A DNA stretch of 32,000 nt from Candidatus Saccharimonadota bacterium (GCA_023898645.1 CP060232.1:990001-1022000), one strand, 5' to 3'. Positions 26,126 through 32,000 are shown, counted from the stretch's first letter. Translations and numbers: made by a program. The notes: generated by a model from the sequence alone, not told the origin.

Positions 26126-26203
26126 ATGAGTTTATCAATAGGCACAGCAAGGACACAAACCAACCTATCGCCGCTACTCTTCTCCCCTTCAAGCTGTCAG
26201 TGA
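26126..26203 (+). CDS. Possible leaderless 25-aa peptide (MSLSIGTARTQTNLSPLLFSPSSCQ), or the 5' end of a non-coding transcript
   Basis: ATG 26126 to TGA 26201-26203, positioned like the other -10-proximal start codons in the window. There is no other support. Confidence 0.2.
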   Translation: MSLSIGTARTQTNLSPLLFSPSSCQ

Positions 26204-26562
26204 AGTTGCCAGTGCCGGACCAAGGCGGGCGTGGCTACTCAAAGGAATTCCTACAACAACTTACTTAAAGTGAATTCGACCCACCCCCCGTTCGAGTAGG
26301 GTGCGTTGGTTCCATGTTCAATAACAATATATAGCGAAGCGTCGGAACCTGTGGTTTCACCAGATCTTGTTATACGACACTAGCAGGCTTACTGCGTTGC
26401 AGTCGTCAATTCCAATACATTTGGCTGAATACGTAATATATACAGAATAAGATTGCTCGGTAATGCGTCAATCAGTACGTGTAGGCCGCGTGGGCAGGTT
26501 GCTTGGGTAAGCAGTTGATGTTAGAATTTACAGCATTAGGGTGGGAGACGGGAAGTATAGAA

Positions 26563-26898
26563 ATGAAGGCTCGTTGGACCACCCCGCAACTTATTTGGGC
26601 TATTTTGTTAGTCGTTGCCGGAATGATAGCGGCTTTGAGCAGTGTGCCTAAACTATTGGATGCACTACCACAATCATCTCAGCTCTGTACGACTGCCGGC
26701 CTACTTGGTTTCATAGGCTCTATTTTACAACCGAGATATTACCTTACAATTTTGTTTCTATTGATTACCGTCACCCTGATACACAGGGCCACGAAACTTC
26801 TCTCATCAAAGAGTGCCGCGTTCGCTCCCTATCCTGCGCTTGTAGTCGCCCTGGCTGTAACGGTGCTTCTTTCCATTTCTGCTTTTAGGTGTGGTTGA
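26563..26898 (+). CDS. Small 4-TM membrane protein, upstream partner of the KAP-type NTPase
   Basis: Four hydrophobic helices (LIWAILLVVAGMIAAL, TTAGLLGFIGSIL, YYLTILFLLITVTLI, LVVALAVTVLLSISAF). ATG 26563 is preceded by GGGAGACGGGAAG. The track's TTG 26503 is an alternative start. The stop TGA abuts the ATG of the next gene. Confidence 0.65.
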   Translation: MKARWTTPQLIWAILLVVAGMIAALSSVPKLLDALPQSSQLCTTAGLLGFIGSILQPRYYLTILFLLITVTLIHRATKLLSSKSAAFAPYPALVVALAVTVLLSISAFRCG

Positions 26899-28356
26899 AT
26901 GCACAACCTTTTTCATTTTCCTGAGCAGAGTAAGAAATCTCTGAGCACACTATCTTATGACAATCTTGGCGAAGCAATTTACATTGAAGACCTCAAACAC
27001 GCTCAGAAATCATTATCTGACCTGATAAATGGTTCGCAGAAAGCCAAACTGCTGCAAAGGGGCTACGTGAGTATCGTTAGCGGACCTTATGGTGTCGGCA
27101 AGACGGTATCCGCATGGGCGATAATTAACGAACTGCGCAAGGAAATACCAGAGATATTTTTTATAGAGAGGTCGCTATTGCCTTTCGGTAACACATCCGA
27201 AGCGATTTCGGCATTCCTGAACAATTTTGCATATCGATTGTGGCAAGAAGGGGTTGTGGATATTCGAGAAGATATAGCGCAATTTATATTTGAAGTGACC
27301 CAGGATGCAGTGCCGCTTAAACTCGAAGCAAGTATCGGACCTATCAGGGTTGGAAAAGACCTTGTTCCAGGTGCTAGAAGTGATGATGTGTACGAAGTAG
27401 TCAGTGGGAAATTCTCAGGTATAAAAAAATGTCCCGCTATCATCATACTACTTGACGATGTTGATAGGCTTCGCACAAGCGAAATCATCGAAACAATGAG
27501 ACTTGTTGAAAAGTTACGGTTGCTCCCGCGTACAGTCGTTTTGTTACCCGTGTATAAGGATATTTTGACAAACGCTTTTCAAAATGAACTGCACGTACCT
27601 GGAGATACTGCTCCAACCTTCCTTAGAAAATTGTCGGACTACGAAATAAGCTTACGTGCCGATTACGGCGGACTGAAGAAGATTTTTCTTAGTAAATTTG
27701 AAGGAAAATACGGAAGCATAGACGGTATCAGTATCCCGGAGCTTTGCTGGTACAGCCTAGTGCATAACATTGTTATTCGAGAAGCGATAGCGAAAATCGA
27801 TGGCGCACCAGACAAAGGTGTAATCAACCATGCCTTTGAATTTTCCAACTCACCTTATCTGTCTCACTTGCAAAAAGCCTTCATGCTACAAAATCACTAT
27901 CAGGCAGGCTTCTCCAAAGAAGAGCATCCGATGCCTGCTCATTATTTTGAAAGCGGTCAAGACTATTTTTCACCACTCGGAAAGCAATACTCATACATTG
28001 CAGACAGGACTAATGACAGCGGCATGTATACACAGCTGGGTGAACTTAGAAACATAGATAATGTCGCGAAACTAATTACGTTGGATTCGAATATAGTAGA
28101 TGCCTTGAGGTCAAACTATAAGACTGAGTTCAAAAAGGACGTAGAAGACAAGTCGTCTAGGCCCGCATTAGTTGCATTTTTTATACCGAAATTGCAAATA
28201 TCCGAAAACGAACCTCTACTGACTAATAACTATAGAGCGCGAGACGTCGAGGACATGGCGCTACGCATTCTGGGTGACCGGAGATTTGATAAAAAAAGCA
28301 GTGACGCCTTATTGTTTTATAGAATTGCAAGTGAACGGTTCGATGAATATCGATAA
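26899..28356 (+). CDS. KAP-family-like P-loop NTPase (485 aa) lacking the usual intradomain TM insertion
   Basis: Walker A SGPYGVGKT. Walker B with KAP-type continuation AIIILLDDVDRLRTSEIIETMRLVEKLRLLPRTVVLLPVYKDIL...TFLRKLSDYEISL. No hydrophobic segment between the two motifs. About 250 aa of C-terminal region of unknown function. Confidence 0.7.
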   Translation: MHNLFHFPEQSKKSLSTLSYDNLGEAIYIEDLKHAQKSLSDLINGSQKAKLLQRGYVSIVSGPYGVGKTVSAWAIINELRKEIPEIFFIERSLLPFGNTSEAISAFLNNFAYRLWQEGVVDIREDIAQFIFEVTQDAVPLKLEASIGPIRVGKDLVPGARSDDVYEVVSGKFSGIKKCPAIIILLDDVDRLRTSEIIETMRLVEKLRLLPRTVVLLPVYKDILTNAFQNELHVPGDTAPTFLRKLSDYEISLRADYGGLKKIFLSKFEGKYGSIDGISIPELCWYSLVHNIVIREAIAKIDGAPDKGVINHAFEFSNSPYLSHLQKAFMLQNHYQAGFSKEEHPMPAHYFESGQDYFSPLGKQYSYIADRTNDSGMYTQLGELRNIDNVAKLITLDSNIVDALRSNYKTEFKKDVEDKSSRPALVAFFIPKLQISENEPLLTNNYRARDVEDMALRILGDRRFDKKSSDALLFYRIASERFDEYR

Positions 28357-28405
28357 TTACAAAAAATTACACTCCCATAATCATCAGAGTTATAATTGAT
28401 TCGCA

Positions 28406-28780
28406 ATGAAAGACATAAAACAGCATAGTTCACTAACACCTAAACAAAGCGCATATATACAGGCATATGCCAGCCCTGACAGCGCCAGCTTTGGTAACTC
28501 GTACCAAAGCGCCCTGTTGGCGGGCTATAGTTTCCAAACTGCCCGCAACATGACACACCTCCGACCTGAGTGGTTATCGGAAAATATCGGACAGATGGCC
28601 GTCATTAAACCTCAAGAAATTATGCAGGAGCTAACAACGGTCATACATAACGAAAATGAACCAACAATTATCCGACTAAAGGCCATGGAGCTATCTATGA
28701 AGGCGTATAGTATGTTGCAGCAGCGCACCGCTACCGAACCAACAGCCGTTTCAATATCAATTGATTTATCGCAATCTTAG
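28406..28780 (+). CDS. Phage terminase small subunit-like protein (Terminase_2-type HTH)
   Basis: LTPKQSAYIQAY...GNSYQSALLAGYSFQTA... and C-terminal IRLKAMELSMKAYSML match the TerS pattern (LTxKQxxF...GNxxxAAxxAGYSxxxA...RLKAxELLGK). TATAAT box 9 nt upstream of the ATG, no SD. Confidence 0.6.
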   Translation: MKDIKQHSSLTPKQSAYIQAYASPDSASFGNSYQSALLAGYSFQTARNMTHLRPEWLSENIGQMAVIKPQEIMQELTTVIHNENEPTIIRLKAMELSMKAYSMLQQRTATEPTAVSISIDLSQS

Positions 28781-28792
28781 TTGCCGCACCAA

Positions 28793-28821
28793 GGAACACA
28801 CTCTATGAACCGTGTTTTTTT
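28793..28821 (+). terminator. Possible terminator after the terS-like gene
   Basis: GGAACAC/GTGTTTT stem (two G:U pairs), 12-nt loop, then a T-run. It overlaps the 3' end of the convergent gene. Confidence 0.3.
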
Positions 28822-29369
28822 GCGGCTCTTCGCTTCTTCACAGTCCTTTTGTGCATCGGGAATCTTTTTTGCACGTCCTTCTCTATAGCCTTAGCTTCCG
28901 CCTCGATATCAAAGTCGAAGGCGGCCATTACGCCGACGAATGCGTTATAAGTCTCACGTGCCTCCATGCTACTATTCTCAATACCATCTGAATCCAGGTA
29001 GCCAACCTCAATCGCATTAATAACGCTCCATAAAGACCCTATGCATTCATGCCAGGCAGTAACAGCAGCTTGCTTAGCCTCTATCGAATGCTGGTCAGAA
29101 GACAGTACGGTTTTTACATGTCGCCGACAAATCACGTTCAATTCATATTGCACCCGTTTTGAATTCAATATCTCACTATGTAACTTTTCGTCAAACAGAT
29201 CGTCGTATGGCTTATTAATATCTTTTTGCAAGAGTTCCTGGACCCTTCTATACCTATCCTCGCCATACCTATCAAGCGACTCCTGTAATATCGACAGACG
29301 CCTCCCCGGACTGTTCGCGTACACGACCCAAGCGATAACGGCTACTATAACGATGACTATCCAAAACAT
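28803..29369 (-). CDS. Hypothetical N-terminally anchored helical protein (188 aa)
   Basis: N-terminal TM helix (FWIVIVIVAVIAWVVYA), helical body, Lys/Arg-rich C-terminus. TGTTAATAT box 7 nt upstream of the ATG. No domain recognised. Confidence 0.6.
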   Translation of the reverse strand: MFWIVIVIVAVIAWVVYANSPGRRLSILQESLDRYGEDRYRRVQELLQKDINKPYDDLFDEKLHSEILNSKRVQYELNVICRRHVKTVLSSDQHSIEAKQAAVTAWHECIGSLWSVINAIEVGYLDSDGIENSSMEARETYNAFVGVMAAFDFDIEAEAKAIEKDVQKRFPMHKRTVKKRRAAKKHGS

Positions 29370-29391
29370 ACGTTCTATATTAACACCTTAT

Positions 29392-29835
29392 TTATTCGTC
29401 ATAGGTCGCAACAACAAGAAACACAAAGCCAGCCACAATATCAATAATCATCCATGCCTCCTTTGGAAATACAAAAAGAGCAATCGGATTGAATAGTAGA
29501 GCTATTAAGGGAAACATCGCCGCTCTTACATATCTACGCCGACTTAAGTACAGCCATATCGCACCCAATGACGCTGCGCATACAACCCACCGCAGAACAA
29601 TAAAATACGCGTACGGGGCGGGTATTACGGATGATACAAACAATAATATTGCTACAGCACCAAGCAAAAATTCCTGCCAATGGTTTGTGATTCCGTAAAA
29701 CAGATTCTCAAACTTTCGAAAAAAATTACCCTCGTCAATTACTTGCACTATTATGCCAGCCGTTAGAAAAACTATCATGAGCGCCCCGAACCCTATACAA
29801 TACCACATCCATACTTGCCCAATAAATTGTTCCAT
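29392..29835 (-). CDS. Hypothetical polytopic membrane protein (about 147 aa, 4-5 TM)
   Basis: Hydrophobic helices throughout. ATG 29835 is preferred over the track's GTG 29907 (AAGGG 7 nt upstream). Confidence 0.6.
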   Translation of the reverse strand: MEQFIGQVWMWYCIGFGALMIVFLTAGIIVQVIDEGNFFRKFENLFYGITNHWQEFLLGAVAILLFVSSVIPAPYAYFIVLRWVVCAASLGAIWLYLSRRRYVRAAMFPLIALLFNPIALFVFPKEAWMIIDIVAGFVFLVVATYDE

Positions 29836-30030
29836 ATGCGACCCTTTCCGTTTGATACATGGCAAACCAAAAAGCCCGCCATGAGCGGTGGCCTTTCGGT
29901 CACCCACTACTGTTTCCAGCAGCGATAACGGAAAGATGTACTCACGACGAGCTGTTTCTTTCCGTTGATTGTTTAGCCATACCTGCGCATTTGCGTGGCT
30001 CTAGGCCAGTGGACTTGCCACTTGTTCATA

Positions 30031-30039
30031 ATTATACCA
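30031..30039 (-). promoter_or_regulatory. Extended -10 promoter (TGGTATAAT) for the minus-strand membrane-gene pair, giving a leader of about 190 nt
   Basis: Plus strand ATTATACCA is TGGTATAAT on the minus strand, in the divergent intergenic region 29836-30091. Confidence 0.4.
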
Positions 30040-30091
30040 GCCTGATAGATATTACCGCATAAGCAATATGAAATGGTAGCATTGATTCAGA

Positions 30092-30679
30092 ATGGTTGCT
30101 GTTAATGACTTTGGCCCGATAATACCGTCGCAACTTCGCACAAGGGGCGACTGGCATAGATTTTTCGTATTAAACGATGAGGGTTTTATAAATGACGTCT
30201 ATTCAAAGGTACGAAGAGTGAATGGTAAAAAAAATCTTAGCGACGAGGACGCGACAACAATAGGTAGCGCGTACGCCATAAACGTACTTGATATACATAA
30301 TTATGTCGCGCGGGGTAGTCGCGGACAGTGGGTACCGCCATCCGACTACTTCACTGTACAGCAGTCGCCAGATTCACCCGATAAATGGGTGGTGGTGTTC
30401 GATAAATCAGCGATGCAGCAGGATTTTCTTAACGCATACGAACAGTTTGACTGGTTCCGCTCTAAACAACACCCCTTGGACTTCATGCGACGCCGAGCAC
30501 CAGAACAGCCCGCGTTAATATACTCTATTTTTACCCAACGCAGGCAGGGAAAACATTGGGGCGAAATATTCAAAATGTATCAAAACGGTACACTTCCGGG
30601 ATACGAAGGATCGGCATCACAATACACGCATCAAAAGTCACTGGAAGCCCATTACAACAGGTACCGACCAACACCCTAG
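30092..30679 (+). CDS. Hypothetical protein (195 aa)
   Basis: Long ORF with TGGTAGCAT box 9 nt upstream of the ATG. No recognisable motif. Confidence 0.6.
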   Translation: MVAVNDFGPIIPSQLRTRGDWHRFFVLNDEGFINDVYSKVRRVNGKKNLSDEDATTIGSAYAINVLDIHNYVARGSRGQWVPPSDYFTVQQSPDSPDKWVVVFDKSAMQQDFLNAYEQFDWFRSKQHPLDFMRRRAPEQPALIYSIFTQRRQGKHWGEIFKMYQNGTLPGYEGSASQYTHQKSLEAHYNRYRPTP

Positions 30680-30813
30680 AATCACTTAATCCGAGACAAA
30701 ATGTTAGCTGTTTTTAGCAACAGTTCCATGTGTAATAGCTACAGAACGGTATCGATAGCCCTCTGACCAATAACCGTTCTGTCAGGGGGCTTTCCATATG
30801 CAGGAGAAGTGTA

Positions 30814-31224
30814 ATGTATTCAATAGAAACGGTAGTGCGCTCAGAGCTAAGAGACGGAAAGGGCTACAGACTCAAAGTATCAATACTAGATTTGGGCCTC
30901 TATATCGATGGGTTTCGTGCGTTAAAATCCGAACGTAATCAAAATGGATGGTGGGTACAGCCACCGTCAAACCTGGTAAAGGGTGTCTGGGTAACGGCAT
31001 GCGAATTTGATAAAACCAAGGCCTTCTGGCTGAATATCGAGCAATCGTGTGTCGATGCCATCGCGACATATTTGTCGGAAGACCGACAACAAATCACGCA
31101 AAACTCTTCGCGTGACATATTGCCAGCCGACGACGAGATGGAGGATGTTCTGTCTAAGGGTTTCGAGTTCCCTCCAGGCTGGGATGAGAAGACACCTGAA
31201 CCACGCAAGGAATATCACCCATGA
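30814..31224 (+). CDS. Hypothetical protein (136 aa), with faint SpoVG-like pattern in the N-terminal 90 aa
   Basis: AGGAGA SD 7 nt upstream. The pattern YRLKVSILDLGLYIDGFRAL...NGWWVQPPS loosely resembles SpoVG (AxASITLDxxFVIHDIRV...NGLFVAMPS). This is a weak, by-eye match only. Confidence 0.55.
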   Translation: MYSIETVVRSELRDGKGYRLKVSILDLGLYIDGFRALKSERNQNGWWVQPPSNLVKGVWVTACEFDKTKAFWLNIEQSCVDAIATYLSEDRQQITQNSSRDILPADDEMEDVLSKGFEFPPGWDEKTPEPRKEYHP

Positions 31225-31259
31225 CGCCACATCGTATCACCATGTTCACTACGCCCATA

Positions 31260-31271
31260 TCTATATATAGA
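31260..31271. promoter_or_regulatory. 12-bp perfect AT-rich palindrome TCTATATATAGA, with ATCTATATA repeated 36 bp downstream
   Basis: Palindrome at 31260-31271. ATCTATATA occurs at 31259-31267 and again at 31295-31303. Confidence 0.4.
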
Positions 31272-31356
31272 GATACCTCTATAACGGTTATACGTATCTA
31301 TATAAAGATTCTAGTAATAGAGATGCTTACCAGTTGCCTGTGGGTAGAGGTCAACT

Positions 31357-31545
31357 GTGCAGAACCTGATTCATTACTGGACACCTGTATTGCTATTTAT
31401 GACGAGTATCACGATGATATTGCCTATTGAGGTCAAATACGAACAAGTGGAAACACCCGACCAAGATAGGATTGATACAGCGTTCAACTACCTCTTTGAG
31501 CTAGTCTTGAAGCAAAGAATGTCAACCGAAAACGATGGACATTAA
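31357..31545 (+). CDS. Hypothetical small protein (62 aa, GTG start)
   Basis: AGAGG lies 8 nt upstream of the GTG. Hydrophobic N-terminus. Competes with the overlapping ORF 31221-31430, so coding status is uncertain. Confidence 0.3.
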   Translation: MQNLIHYWTPVLLFMTSITMILPIEVKYEQVETPDQDRIDTAFNYLFELVLKQRMSTENDGH

Positions 31546-31553
31546 AGTTATAT

Positions 31554-31573
31554 TTACTTATAATTACTTATAA
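31554..31573. promoter_or_regulatory. Tandem 10-bp repeat TTACTTATAA x2 containing TATAAT, upstream of the excisionase-like gene
   Basis: 31554-31563 equals 31564-31573. TATAAT at 31559-31564. AAGGA SD follows before ATG 31583. Confidence 0.45.
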
Positions 31574-31582
31574 AGGATAGTT

Positions 31583-31768
31583 ATGGATACCGAATACCTC
31601 ACAGTCGAACAAGTCGCCAACCTGCTCCAGGTCCACTGGCAAAGTGTTTTGAACTACATCAAGCGTGGCGACTTGCCTGCTATGCGGCTAGGGCGAGGTT
31701 ATCGTATAGCTCGAAACGACTTGGACAAATTTATTGAACAGCGCACAACTAGGGGCAGCAGTCGATGA
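31583..31768 (+). CDS. xis: Excisionase-family / MerR-like helix-turn-helix DNA-binding protein (61 aa)
   Basis: LTVEQVANLLQVHWQSVLNYIKRGDLPAMRLGRGYRIARNDLDKFI is the typical HTH_17/excisionase pattern. ATGA overlap with the recombinase gene. Confidence 0.8.
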   Translation: MDTEYLTVEQVANLLQVHWQSVLNYIKRGDLPAMRLGRGYRIARNDLDKFIEQRTTRGSSR

Positions 31769-32000
31769 AAAGAGCCGCCGTATATGTACGCGTTAGCACC
31801 GCCAACCAGGAAGATGAAGAGACCATTGAGAATCAGCTCATGGAGCTCAAGGAGCGCATTAAGAACGATGGGGCCCTACTGCTGCCCGAATGCATCTATA
31901 GCGACAACGGATGGACCGGTACACTCTTAGAGCGACCAGACCTTGACCGGCTACGGTCAGACGCCAAGGAAGGCGCTTTTGACCTTCTCTACTACTATGA
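31765..32000 (+). CDS. Serine recombinase (resolvase/invertase N-terminal catalytic domain), 5' partial that continues beyond the window
   Basis: MKRAAVYVRVSTANQ... (catalytic Ser in the YxRVST motif), then ...SDNGWTGTLLERPDLDRLRSDAKEGAFDLLYYY. Whether it is a large serine integrase cannot be seen from 78 codons. Confidence 0.85.
   Translation, partial: MKRAAVYVRVSTANQEDEETIENQLMELKERIKNDGALLLPECIYSDNGWTGTLLERPDLDRLRSDAKEGAFDLLYYY

Larger units (their letters stand above)
25950..32000. mobile_element. Putative integrated element or phage-related island (right end outside the window)
   Basis: The contiguous core T4P operon gives way abruptly to short mixed-strand hypotheticals, a terS-like gene, and an xis plus serine recombinase pair at the right edge. 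The left boundary is placed only approximately in the 570-bp ORF-free gap. No att repeats were identified. Confidence 0.45.

Noticed and set aside
26120-26500. Possible tmRNA, RNase P RNA or SRP RNA in the ORF-free gap
   Set aside because: I looked on both strands for signature motifs. These were a tmRNA 5' GGGG...TTCGAC with a 3' T-arm/CCA and an ...ALAA-stop tag frame, RNase P GGAAAGTCCGG / ACAGAANCCGGCTTA, and the SRP GGAA-tetraloop AGCAGC motif. None is present, and only the fragment GAATTCGAC is superficially tmRNA-like. The region is kept as an unexplained gap, not as a named RNA.
31221-31430. 69-aa ORF with ATGA overlap to ORF 30814-31224
   Set aside because: Its central part (ISIYRDTSITVIRIYIKILVIE) is simply the translation of the AT-rich palindrome and repeat cluster. 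It also conflicts with ORF 31357-31545. It is not called as a gene, though the coupling-type overlap leaves some doubt.
1-32000. Alternative genetic code (UGA recoding, as in some CPR lineages) and CRISPR arrays
   Set aside because: TGA terminates genes at precise coupled junctions (e.g. 5170-5172, 12679-12681, 20683-20685, 26896-26898), and conserved proteins are full length under code 11. No array of regularly spaced direct repeats is visible anywhere in the window.

Overview
The gene content and organisation suggest a small-genome, monoderm-type bacterium, most likely Patescibacteria/CPR such as Saccharibacteria. This taxon call is inference only. Standard genetic code: TGA works as a stop at several ATGA/TGA-ATG gene junctions. 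The window has three parts.

(1) 1-11.4 kb, housekeeping mixed with cell-surface genes. It holds five tRNAs (Val-GAC, Gly-CCC, Thr-CGT, Asp-GTC, Arg-CCT) and a processive GT-2 glycosyltransferase with a small membrane partner, both co-oriented directly behind two tRNAs. It also holds two tandem paralogous surface proteins (cohesin-like, P/S/T linker, FN3-like, TM helix, disordered tail), plus Mn-type SOD, a PpiD/SurA-like protein, a bPH-domain protein, ndk, uppP and a XerC/D-type recombinase.

(2) 11.4-25.9 kb, one uninterrupted minus-strand type IV pilus supercluster. Gene order is TPR protein, 720-aa vWA protein, pilM, pilN, pilO-like, 75-aa TM protein, pilB, pilT, pilC, pilA, pilD, three prepilin-type minor pilins, PilX-like protein. 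No secretin is present.

(3) 25.9-32.0 kb, a ~570-bp ORF-free gap followed by an accessory, probably integrated, island. The island carries a 4-TM protein abutted to a TM-less KAP-type P-loop NTPase, an orphan terminase-small-subunit-like gene, several hypotheticals, an excisionase-type HTH and the 5' part of a serine recombinase running off the window.

The best candidates for something undescribed are the split KAP NTPase/membrane pair within the small TerS-carrying serine-recombinase island, the vWA+TPR pair heading the pilus operon, and the tandem cohesin/FN3 surface-protein pair. A window-wide signal is a recurring TGnTAnnnT box 6-9 nt upstream of ATG start codons that lack a Shine-Dalgarno, which implies leaderless transcripts. 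All domain calls come from reading motifs in the supplied translations. No database search was run.
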